From Candidatus Omnitrophota bacterium (GTDB lineage Bacteria; Omnitrophota; Gorgyraeia; 1-14-0-20-64-10), in assembly GCA_023248155.1 (NCBI GenBank), contig JAHFFE010000005.1, positions 29,057 to 93,056 on the forward strand: a stretch of 64,000 nt of DNA, in the 5' to 3' direction. The notes under the pieces are model-generated. The model ran no database searches. It was not told where the DNA came from and worked only from the letters and a program-made list of their open reading frames with translations. How positions within the stretch are numbered: the first letter of the stretch is position 1; each line of letters begins with the position of its first letter. Made by a program: the position numbers and the translations under genes. Shown piece by piece: positions 1 through 8,788 of this stretch.

Positions 1-1
1 T

Positions 2-3000
2 GGCTGGTCTAATTTCATTCAGATGGAATACAGCTGGAGGCTTTTTGCATTGGGAGGGGGGAATCATGTTTATCTAGCGATTTTCATCAACAATGCGATA
101 GACGCGATAGCGGATGAATCGGAAAGACGCGGAGAATCTTACCTGGGCAGAATCAATCTGCGCGCAGGTTCAACGGTTGAAGGATATTCTTTTATCGAAA
201 TCTCTGATAACGGTGCGGGTATCCCTCCCGAAATTCTTCCCGGGATATTTCATGAGGGGGTGAGTACAAAACCGAATGTCAATCTGCCTGAAAGGAGACG
301 ATTGGGAGGATTTGGGACGGCATTCGCGGGAGAGTTCTATTATGGCCCACACTTATTGAATAGGACCTCGGGATGGATTGAGATCGATACCCGAATGGCT
401 AAAGAGAAAAACTCACGTTTTGTAAAATACAGCCCCAGCTCCGGAACCTTGGCACCGTTGAATGTTTCAAGAGGAAGACGAACCGAGGTAGGGACATCGA
501 TCCGTTGGGTTTTTAGACATCTTCCCGCTGCCGGGCAGGAGGAGCGAACGCTTCCGGGTTCTTTTCGGCGGGAAGATTTAGCCAGTTATGACAGCGTGCT
601 TGAATTAGAGAGTCGGACTATTTTGGAAAAGCGTGCGCAGAAGGGATCAGGAGAACTGCTCTGGGTAGGAGGAACAGGGGTGGCTGGTTCCGGAAAGTCC
701 ACATTGTTCGACGCTCTCCATCAGAAACTGCAAGCGGCCGGAGCACATACCTTGCGATTGGGAGAGGATAATGTCGGTTTTTTTGATCTGACTACTCGAG
801 AAAGCTGGAAATCGTCCGAGCCAGTTCGCTGGAGAAATTATCGCGATTGGCTGCGCTGGGACAATATCCAAAAAACGCTGGACCAAATCCGTAAGGCAGG
901 CGTAGCGGCTGCCACGCAGGGTCCGCAAGCCATCTACCTGAAACAGATTTACGATCGTCCCTCTGGAACGGTGTCCGATCCGAAAGATCCCGTTTGGGTA
1001 TTCCCCGACACGATCGTGCTTTATGATGGAACCGCTCTTTCGGAAGGAGATCCGTATCCGCTGGGAATGTTCGACCACCTCATCCTTCTGGATATTTCTT
1101 ACGAGGCTAGTCTCAGGAATCAGATCGGCCGGGCAGAACGGCTGGGCCGCCAACCCGGACGAGTAGAGGAAATTACATCCCAGGTAAGTTTTCCTTTTTG
1201 GAGAGATACGGTTGCCAGAAATCATCCCGAAAGAGTAGCCCACTCCATTTATGACATGACCGATTTTAATCATCCCGTTCGCTTGAGTTATCAATCCGCA
1301 GGGCTGGAGGAGAATATTAAGAAGGTGGAAGGCAATCTCGCATTTGAGACCCATGTTTTGTCAGACCCCTTGTTTTTGGCTGTTTTCGGAGACGATTCTT
1401 CAGCCAACGTGATTCCATCGCCTGCGCTCATGAACAAGAGAGAACATGACCGCTCCAGCTTTCCGGGGTTCTCAGATATCCAGAGAGCGGTTGCTCAATC
1501 GTTGCCTGGAGCGGTTGAGTTGTTGGAGATTGCCAAGCGCGGGAATGTTATCGTGGCGAATGCTTCCAAACTTCTAGAAAATCCATCCGATCCTGAAATA
1601 ATTCCCGAAATTTCATGGGGAGGAACACGGGAAGAAAGGACTTTGAGGATTATTTGGGAGGAAAGACTGCATTTGCTGGACGACCGACTGGAATTGTCGG
1701 ACTATGAGAAATGGAAAAAGATAGGTAATGAAATATGGGCAACCAACCATCCGCGGGTGGTATCGGCCCGGAAAATAATTTTGGATTCCCGCAGGTGGCG
1801 CCCTCCGCTGGACAATGTAAAGATGATGTTTGTTGCGGCGGAAGTTCTGCCGCTCTTTTTTGTGGAGTTTCGAGATGAATTCTTCGAACAGCATGTTTGG
1901 CCTATTCTTCAGCAGGTTTTCAGTCCGGAGTCTTTGGAAGTGCTGCTCCGGCTTCGAGAAGAGAGCCGGCCTACTTCTGAGGAAATACAAAACCTTCTGA
2001 ATGCTGCCGCGGCAGTCAGCGCTCCTTCGGATTCCGCTGCTGGGCAGGAGGAAGATGTCAGAAAACCCGTCCGAGCATTCCTTCAAAAACAGCTGGGGCT
2101 CCAGGTGGAGGATTCCATCCTGGACAGGATTATTACCGATCCTACCCAAGGCAATGTTTCCACGCAGTTAGAACCATTAATTGAAACCCAGCTAAAAGCC
2201 GGTGATAAGGTCAGGGCAACGAAGCGAATTCCCGGGGTTGTTTCCCAGCTAGGGCCAATCATTAGTAAAGCAAAAAGAGAAGTTGCTGAAAAACAGGTCC
2301 AGAAAACCCGGCAAGAAATCGCTTGGGTTCGTAGTGTTGTTCTTCCTGGGATGCGGCAATTTTTTGAGGGAGGAGATCCGGCAGATCCTCTGGAATTTTA
2401 TCGGGCTGTCCGGGATTTTTCAGCCGCTGGAAAAGAATGGAAAGAGTTGGTCGATTCTTATTTGCGGCAGCTTCCTCCGCAACAATCGGGGATATCGCTG
2501 CAGGAAGAAGGATCTCTTTTTTCAGATTTTCTCAAATGGATGAACGACCGCTGGTTTATCACTCGGGGGCACCTTCTTTTTCCTGGCGATGCTGCACTCG
2601 TCAGCAATATGGGGGAGGTGATGGACTATTTAAAGATGGGCCGCATTGAGGAGACCCGTATTTATAACTATGCTGATCACGAAATTCCCGTTTATTTTGT
2701 CCGGGAAGATGAGCCCGTTGCTCACAATGTCACGCTGGCTGGCCATGGACATACCGGCTATATCTTCGTGCGCCACAGCGCTCTGGACGCGAAGAATGCC
2801 ATTCTGGAATCTATCGGCGCGCATGCAGACAACTTTTATCGGCTTTCCGATGCACAGATACGAGAAGAAGGGTACATTCCGGATATTTTTCGTCTGTCTG
2901 TCAAAGTGACCGGCAGTCTCTATCGGCGTATTGTTGCCAACCGTTCTACCATGCGAAACCACCTTCAGGAAAATCTGCTTTTTGAAGAGCTTCGCCACTG

Positions 3001-6000
3001 GATGGTTCATACCGCCATTGAAAATGCGGCCGGTTTCAAATTTTCTTCGGCGAACGACCAATTCTTTGAACTTTATGCACAACATTTATTGCGTCCAAAT
3101 GGAGTGCTTCGTTCTATTTTTAACAGTGCCGATGTTTTTCAAAGTCCTTTGGTAGAGTCACGCATGGAATTGGGCCTTGGAATTTATGAAGTGGAAGGAT
3201 CTTTTGGGCGAGCCGCCCAGTCTCTGGAAGATTTAGAATCGGTTCTCCAGGGCTGGATTGATATCTTTATCAATCTTGAAGATGTCGACGCCGGATACGA
3301 TCAGTACGCTTCGGACGCTGTTCTTGGGATCCGCCTTCTTGCAGACCAGTTAGGGATTTCAAATCCTTCGGAGCGATTGACCCCACAGAATTGGGATCAG
3401 CTTGATAAAAGACGGTTGGTTGAAATGGCTGGAGAGATCTACGAACGCTTGGAAGAGGCCTTCCAGGCATTGGGACTTCTTTCACAGGAAGAGTTTGTTA
3501 TTCCGCTTTCAGATGTGGCTACTCTTGTTTCCGAAAAGAAGATTTCTTCTTCTGCCGGGCAGGAGGAGGGCATTGAAACCATCCTGCTGATTGGCTCCGA
3601 TGAGGATGAGATAGCGCGGGTTCGGGGCATCGCCGAAGAAATTTTTCCTTACGCGGATATCCAGCAACTGCCGCTTCCGTTGCCAACCGCCATAAATTTC
3701 AGGCGACTCGATGTGGCGGTTTTGGTGGATTTCGATGAGAGCGCCAAAGAAACGCTGGCGCAGGCCTTCACGGCAAGGAAGATTGCCCATCTCATCGCGC
3801 CCGACCATTGGGATGAACGGCTGGAAGATTACGATCTGCGGGAAGCATTCGAAGGATTTCGTCCCAGCGGGCTGGAGGAAAAGGAAAACCCAGGACATTC
3901 GGCTTGGCTGCAAACAGACCGTTTGATTGATAATTTCCTTCGCGGGCACCCCGGCGGACCATTGACAGAAAAAGAGCTTGCCGCTGGGATCGATAGGCAT
4001 CCGCGGACCATGGCGAATCATAATTACAAAGATCGCGTTAGAGCGGAAAACACCCGGCGCGTTTCGCTGAATCCGCCGCTCCCTCCTATTTTCCTGGATA
4101 GAAGAGAAGTTATTATCACAGCGCTCCGGAAACATCCGGGCGGTTTTTTGACGGCCAAGCAACTTGCGAAGCTTACAACGTTAAGCACGACAGCGCTCGA
4201 CCATAACGGCTACAGGACACTCATCGATGAAGAAAATGCCGTACGGTTGAAGCGGGGTCCTTTCGTTATGCCGATTACTCTTACCGCCCGAAAGGCCATT
4301 ATCGCTGCTCTTCAGCGCCATCCGGGAGGGTCTCTTCGCTTGAACTGGTTAATTTCTCTCGCGAAGGTGGACCGAAAAACTCTCCGCAATCATGATTATC
4401 GAACGCTGATTAAAGAGGAGAACACGCGGCGCTCCCAACAAAAGCCGCCTCGGCCGGCCATCCAATTGCCCCGCGTTGGGAATCCATCCGTTGTTGTTGC
4501 CGCCGGGCAGGAAGAGCGGGTTTTGGAAACCCATCGGACTTCTTTTGAGATTAAGCTGGCGGATTTTGACGGAATCGAGGGAGGGATTTTAGTTGTAAAC
4601 GGGCAGAACCGATATTTTCGGTCAATCGAGAACCGATTTTTCCGCATTAACCTGGAGACAGGAGTTAGGTTGGAACCTCTTCCCAATAGGGATTTGCTGG
4701 CCGACATTCTGTTTGGATTGTCACAGCTTACCGCAGAGATGATGAACCGCCATCCGCCGCGATCAGTCGTTCAGATGGCACAAGAAAAAGGGCATGCGGT
4801 TGCGAACCCCTCAGTAGATATCACGCTGGACTATACGCCGACCCATGTCCTGGTTTCCGTAAATGGGGATAAAGCCTATCGAATTAATAGAAATCAGGCG
4901 GTTGACATCGAGTCTCTTCATGGGTTTGAGTTGGATAATGCGATAAAAGGAATGGTTGTGGCGTTTGCCATGGGTTCTATTGTTTTGGATGATGAGCTGC
5001 GCCCGCTGTTTCGGGGATTGAATAATACGCAGTTTTTCGCCAAGTTGCCCAGCGAAGTCCGTGCTGCCGGTCTGGAGGAGAATCCGGAGCCCACTGCGGT
5101 TCTGCCTTCTCAGGTTACTGGTTTTGATTTCGCAGGCCAGGATACGCCGGAACTTCAGCAGAGTAATGTGCTGGCGCTTCTTGAATTTCTTAAGGTGGAT
5201 GCGAACGGATTGGTTGTCAATGTTGGATCAGGGGTGCGGCCGCTCACCTTTGGGGATTCTTCTCGGCGCAAGCCGTTGAATCTGGATACGCAGCCATATG
5301 CGCGGCCAGCCGCCGATCGAGCCGGCGCGAACTATGCCGACGCGGATATCATTCAAATCGCCGGAGCGGCTTCTCCGGGGAATACGAATGCACTTCCCGA
5401 TGTTCTTTTGTTTTACCGGATGGGTTCGTTTGTCGATATCTATCATGGGCATAACGCTCAGAAATTCTGGCAGGCGGCATGGAAGCTCGTTCGTCCCGGG
5501 GGATGGATATTGCTGATGAATCCACCCAACCTGGAATTCCCCATCCAATCTCTGGATTATTCGTATCAGCAGGTGCTTTCTTCCCTGGTGTCCGGAAAGA
5601 AACCGTCGGAGGTACACGTCGTTTCACCCGATGGGACAATGGCGAATGCGTTGGCGATTGCTATTCGCAAGCCTGCTGCCGGGCAGGAGGAGAACGGTTG
5701 GCGGGATGTCGCTGGACGATTTTGGGGACGAGTCAAGGATTGGTTTGTTGCCAAACCGATTAATTTGGATGCGCGTCGCGACGCGATGAAGACGGGTGCT
5801 TCACTTGGATTATGGCGCCCGCCCGATCCGGCGGCAGTACCGCTGTTGACGCTGGATCAGGAGGGGCAGGTGGGTAATTTGATCCATGAAATCAATGTTG
5901 CGCGTTCTAATGCAGAACAAGGTCGAGGCGATCCCGCGTTTACATATGCTGCTGGCAAGACATTGATTTCCGCGCGGCAATGGGGTCAGGCACTGCAACG

Positions 6001-7879
6001 CTTGAAAGAAGAGGGAGTGCACCCAAGCCATCTCTCCAGAATTGAAACTGCATGGACCGCATTTGAGCGGATATTAGAGACCAAAGCGACTACGCCGACC
6101 CGCCAGCTTTTGTTGGAAGGTTTCCGAACCGGAATACGTGATCCGGAACATGCCTCTCTTTGGGAAATGGCGCATGTGCGTGCCCGTATTCTGAATCACC
6201 TCGGTGTTCCAGTGGACGGAGGGGCGGTTTATCACGATGCAGTCGCTCAACATATGAGCTTGGATCAATTAAGTCAACGATTGGCTGCACAGTACGCCGA
6301 CAGCGTTCCGTTGGTTGTCAGTGCGGGTGGGGAGTTGACTGCCCGGGGAGTGCCAGTTCAGTTGAGTGATTTGAGTTCTTTGTTGGGAAAATTATTGGTC
6401 AGAGAGGTATCCCCTGATACGGAAAGTCTCATGTTTTGGTCGGACAATCCGGCTAATGTGGTAGAAATTATAGGCGCGGAATCTGTTATTGGGGACTGGC
6501 ATGAATTAACGCTGCACAACGCTTTTATTGAAGCCAGAGAAAATGTGTGGCAGCGTCTGAGAAATCGATTCGGTCCATCGGCCCCGAAGCCCTGGCTTCC
6601 CTGGAACGCGTCTGAGTTTCCCAATGATTCAAATACTGTAACGGATTGGGAACAATTTCTTTATGATCGAGGAGAAGTGTCGGTTTTGTTTCATCGCCGC
6701 GAATTGTTGCGGTATGCCGTAAAAACTCGAATCGATGAGTTGAAAGCAGAAGGCCGTTGGAATCCAGCGCAATCGCTCGATGATTTGATACGCCGCATTG
6801 ATGAGATGACTCCTGACGAGGTAGAAGCGGGTATTCGAGAGGAGCAATCGGTTGTGGCTGCAAATATTGTAGAGCCGTTGGCTGCCGTTGAGCCAAATTT
6901 GGCCTGGATAACAAAGGATTCGCAACAGCCGTTGCGGCAATGGGCCGAATTGCTTTCCGGATTTGCGTTGTTGGAACCGGTAGTTTTACGCATAGAGGTG
7001 GGAGAAGCCGGTTGGCCCGTAATTAGATGGAGAAGTTCTCCCAAACAGTCATTCAGGACTTTAAGTTCCAATTCTGATTTGTATCGGGCGCTTAGTTCCT
7101 CCGGTTGGTTTCGGAATCTGAAATATCCCCGCTACAGCATTGGTATTGATCAGAGTGTTTCTGCTGAACGGCTGGAACAGGAGTTTGGCGAGACAAGCCA
7201 GTTATGGAGAACCACGGCAGATGAAGATGGTTTGATCCGTTATGATATTGCTCTTCGTGCCGGTCTGCCTGTTTACACCGCCGGGCAGGAGGAAAATCAG
7301 GTGCAGCCTCGACGGGAATTTTTACAGCGGGTAGGTCTGCCGGTTGGCTTGACGGCTCTTCGTTATTTTTCCGGACTATTCGTGAATGGAAATCCAAATC
7401 AAATGGTGGATGATCCGGAACTGGCTGGCCGGTTGAATATTGAAAAAGGCCGGAAGATAACGCTGGTTGCAAATGTCGACTCTGCTTTTGTTCAAACACC
7501 GAATCGGATTTTGGCGCAGCCAGGTGCGTTAATTCCACGCCAGTGGCAGGGAATTCCGGTAGAAGTTTTGCCACGAAACATCGAAGCGGCACGGATAAAG
7601 TTGGACGCGATCAATGCTGATGCGGCCGATGTCGCTCTGTTGAATTATTCGGTTGTTGGCTCTGAGGATATGACCGGATGGGATGAACTGCTGCGCTCGC
7701 GCGAAATTGCCGGATTGGCGCTATCGGAAGATAGCTTGAACAGCGTCAATACACTACTTCCAAGCGAACTCGCTACTTTACTGGGTGCCGTGCGGATGGC
7801 AGGTGGTCTGATGGTTCCGGTTGGAGTAGAGGTTTATATCCGCAGTACCGAAGAAAAACAGTTGTTGTTGGCCGCCTAA
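2..7879 (+). CDS. Giant modular polyprotein-like protein, 5'-truncated by the window; HATPase_c, P-loop kinase, peptidase-like, receiver-like, HTH-repeat and SAM-methyltransferase modules separated by [AS]G[QL]EE linkers
   Basis: 2618-aa ORF from ATG 23, and the frame has no stop back to base 2. Motifs: FINNAIDA/ISDNGAGIP/IFHEGVSTK/GGFG (HATPase N, G1, F, G2 boxes), GVAGSGKST (Walker A, uridine kinase/PRK-like), VVNVGSG...LVRPGGWILL (class I MTase). Nine G[QL]EE linkers. Confidence 0.85.
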   Translation, partial: GWSNFIQMEYSWRLFALGGGNHVYLAIFINNAIDAIADESERRGESYLGRINLRAGSTVEGYSFIEISDNGAGIPPEILPGIFHEGVSTKPNVNLPERRRLGGFGTAFAGEFYYGPHLLNRTSGWIEIDTRMAKEKNSRFVKYSPSSGTLAPLNVSRGRRTEVGTSIRWVFRHLPAAGQEERTLPGSFRREDLASYDSVLELESRTILEKRAQKGSGELLWVGGTGVAGSGKSTLFDALHQKLQAAGAHTLRLGEDNVGFFDLTTRESWKSSEPVRWRNYRDWLRWDNIQKTLDQIRKAGVAAATQGPQAIYLKQIYDRPSGTVSDPKDPVWVFPDTIVLYDGTALSEGDPYPLGMFDHLILLDISYEASLRNQIGRAERLGRQPGRVEEITSQVSFPFWRDTVARNHPERVAHSIYDMTDFNHPVRLSYQSAGLEENIKKVEGNLAFETHVLSDPLFLAVFGDDSSANVIPSPALMNKREHDRSSFPGFSDIQRAVAQSLPGAVELLEIAKRGNVIVANASKLLENPSDPEIIPEISWGGTREERTLRIIWEERLHLLDDRLELSDYEKWKKIGNEIWATNHPRVVSARKIILDSRRWRPPLDNVKMMFVAAEVLPLFFVEFRDEFFEQHVWPILQQVFSPESLEVLLRLREESRPTSEEIQNLLNAAAAVSAPSDSAAGQEEDVRKPVRAFLQKQLGLQVEDSILDRIITDPTQGNVSTQLEPLIETQLKAGDKVRATKRIPGVVSQLGPIISKAKREVAEKQVQKTRQEIAWVRSVVLPGMRQFFEGGDPADPLEFYRAVRDFSAAGKEWKELVDSYLRQLPPQQSGISLQEEGSLFSDFLKWMNDRWFITRGHLLFPGDAALVSNMGEVMDYLKMGRIEETRIYNYADHEIPVYFVREDEPVAHNVTLAGHGHTGYIFVRHSALDAKNAILESIGAHADNFYRLSDAQIREEGYIPDIFRLSVKVTGSLYRRIVANRSTMRNHLQENLLFEELRHWMVHTAIENAAGFKFSSANDQFFELYAQHLLRPNGVLRSIFNSADVFQSPLVESRMELGLGIYEVEGSFGRAAQSLEDLESVLQGWIDIFINLEDVDAGYDQYASDAVLGIRLLADQLGISNPSERLTPQNWDQLDKRRLVEMAGEIYERLEEAFQALGLLSQEEFVIPLSDVATLVSEKKISSSAGQEEGIETILLIGSDEDEIARVRGIAEEIFPYADIQQLPLPLPTAINFRRLDVAVLVDFDESAKETLAQAFTARKIAHLIAPDHWDERLEDYDLREAFEGFRPSGLEEKENPGHSAWLQTDRLIDNFLRGHPGGPLTEKELAAGIDRHPRTMANHNYKDRVRAENTRRVSLNPPLPPIFLDRREVIITALRKHPGGFLTAKQLAKLTTLSTTALDHNGYRTLIDEENAVRLKRGPFVMPITLTARKAIIAALQRHPGGSLRLNWLISLAKVDRKTLRNHDYRTLIKEENTRRSQQKPPRPAIQLPRVGNPSVVVAAGQEERVLETHRTSFEIKLADFDGIEGGILVVNGQNRYFRSIENRFFRINLETGVRLEPLPNRDLLADILFGLSQLTAEMMNRHPPRSVVQMAQEKGHAVANPSVDITLDYTPTHVLVSVNGDKAYRINRNQAVDIESLHGFELDNAIKGMVVAFAMGSIVLDDELRPLFRGLNNTQFFAKLPSEVRAAGLEENPEPTAVLPSQVTGFDFAGQDTPELQQSNVLALLEFLKVDANGLVVNVGSGVRPLTFGDSSRRKPLNLDTQPYARPAADRAGANYADADIIQIAGAASPGNTNALPDVLLFYRMGSFVDIYHGHNAQKFWQAAWKLVRPGGWILLMNPPNLEFPIQSLDYSYQQVLSSLVSGKKPSEVHVVSPDGTMANALAIAIRKPAAGQEENGWRDVAGRFWGRVKDWFVAKPINLDARRDAMKTGASLGLWRPPDPAAVPLLTLDQEGQVGNLIHEINVARSNAEQGRGDPAFTYAAGKTLISARQWGQALQRLKEEGVHPSHLSRIETAWTAFERILETKATTPTRQLLLEGFRTGIRDPEHASLWEMAHVRARILNHLGVPVDGGAVYHDAVAQHMSLDQLSQRLAAQYADSVPLVVSAGGELTARGVPVQLSDLSSLLGKLLVREVSPDTESLMFWSDNPANVVEIIGAESVIGDWHELTLHNAFIEARENVWQRLRNRFGPSAPKPWLPWNASEFPNDSNTVTDWEQFLYDRGEVSVLFHRRELLRYAVKTRIDELKAEGRWNPAQSLDDLIRRIDEMTPDEVEAGIREEQSVVAANIVEPLAAVEPNLAWITKDSQQPLRQWAELLSGFALLEPVVLRIEVGEAGWPVIRWRSSPKQSFRTLSSNSDLYRALSSSGWFRNLKYPRYSIGIDQSVSAERLEQEFGETSQLWRTTADEDGLIRYDIALRAGLPVYTAGQEENQVQPRREFLQRVGLPVGLTALRYFSGLFVNGNPNQMVDDPELAGRLNIEKGRKITLVANVDSAFVQTPNRILAQPGALIPRQWQGIPVEVLPRNIEAARIKLDAINADAADVALLNYSVVGSEDMTGWDELLRSREIAGLALSEDSLNSVNTLLPSELATLLGAVRMAGGLMVPVGVEVYIRSTEEKQLLLAA
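527..7294 (+). repeat. Nine dispersed 18-bp/6-aa linker repeats (x[AS]G[QL]EE; DNA consensus approx. GCYGCCGGGCWGGAGGAR)
   Basis: Copies read directly at 527-544, 1295-1312, 2036-2053, 3551-3568, 3863-3880, 4499-4516, 5063-5080, 5675-5692 and 7277-7294, all in the ORF frame. Confidence 0.9.
3917..4470 (+). repeat. Three tandem 62-aa HTH-like repeats inside the giant ORF
   Basis: HPGG His codons at 3947, 4133 and 4319 (exact 186-bp period); pattern L-x-x-HPGG-x-L...Y[KR]...EN-x-x-R...P-x-I or P-I. Confidence 0.8.
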
Positions 7880-7907
7880 AACCGCGCATTCTCCCCGCGA
7901 AATTGCC

Positions 7908-7936
7908 TTGCCCGGAACCTTCTTCCAGAGTACAAT
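7908..7936 (+). promoter_or_regulatory. Putative sigma70 promoter of the hopanoid operon
   Basis: TTGCCC (7908-7913), 17 bp, TACAAT (7931-7936); ATG at 7951 with no obvious SD. Confidence 0.55.
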
Positions 7937-7950
7937 AATCTACTTATCCT

Positions 7951-8778
7951 ATGAATTTGAAGAGCTATTTGCACCAGCGCCAAAATCTGGTTAATAAGGC
8001 GCTGAATAGGTATCTTCCTTTACCGAAATCGGTCAAAGGGCCTGTTCATGAGGCGATGCGCTACTCCGTTTTAGGGGAGGGCAAGCGTATCCGCCCGGTT
8101 CTGGCTTTGGCTGCCTGCGAGGCGGCCGGCGGCACCGTTCCCCAGGCGATTCATGCCGCTTGCGCGTTGGAGATGATCCACGCCTATTCGTTGGTTCATG
8201 ATGATTTACCGGCGATGGATGATGACGATTTCCGACGGGGAAAGCCATCCTGCCACAAGAAATACGGCGAAGCGATGGGTATTTTAGCCGGCGATGCTCT
8301 GATGACATTTGCGTTTGAGTTGCTGACCCATTCGAAGGCGAAGCCGGCTACGCAGATTAAAGTAATTCGGGAGATTGCGCAGGCGATCGGTACCGAAGGG
8401 ATGATCGGCGGGCAGGTGGCCGATGTGGTGTTTGCTTCCGGCTCGAAAAAGGTCGATCCGAAAACGATGGATTACATTAACCGCCGCAAAACCGGCGCGT
8501 TGTTATCGGCGTCGGTGCGCGTCGGGGCTTTGCTGGGCGGGGCGAATGCAGCCACTTACCGGCGGTTTGCCAGGTATGGCGAGAATATCGGGCTGGTGTT
8601 CCAGCTGATTGATGACATTTTAGACAAAGACGGCGCGGTGCGCGGCTCCAGTGTGGAAGCGGTGCGCAAGCGCGCGGAACGATTAACCGACGAGGGAATC
8701 ACAGCGCTCAAGCCGTTCGGAAAACGGGCGGAACCGCTGCGGCAGTTGGCACGATTCCTCGTGACGCGAGGTTCTTAA
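7951..8778 (+). CDS. ispA: Farnesyl/geranylgeranyl diphosphate synthase
   Basis: GKRIRP, HDDLPAMDDDDFRRGKP (FARM), GGQVAD, KTGAL, FQLIDD (SARM); upstream of dxs. Confidence 0.93.
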   Translation: MNLKSYLHQRQNLVNKALNRYLPLPKSVKGPVHEAMRYSVLGEGKRIRPVLALAACEAAGGTVPQAIHAACALEMIHAYSLVHDDLPAMDDDDFRRGKPSCHKKYGEAMGILAGDALMTFAFELLTHSKAKPATQIKVIREIAQAIGTEGMIGGQVADVVFASGSKKVDPKTMDYINRRKTGALLSASVRVGALLGGANAATYRRFARYGENIGLVFQLIDDILDKDGAVRGSSVEAVRKRAERLTDEGITALKPFGKRAEPLRQLARFLVTRGS

Positions 8779-8788
8779 AAGAGAAGCG

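Noticed and set aside
2-520. Giant ORF as an ordinary sensor histidine kinase
   Set aside because: The HATPase is one short module among many unrelated ones; no cognate regulator is adjacent, and the upstream part lies outside the window.
527-5692. Linker GGAGG sequences as general internal ribosome-binding sites that split the giant ORF into separate proteins
   Set aside because: Only copy 9 has an in-frame ATG/GTG/TTG at SD spacing; the other copies do not.
527-7294. Linker repeats as a CRISPR array or integron attC sites
   Set aside because: Spacing is 300-1600 bp and in frame within one ORF; no attC-type palindrome; no cas or integrase gene in the window.
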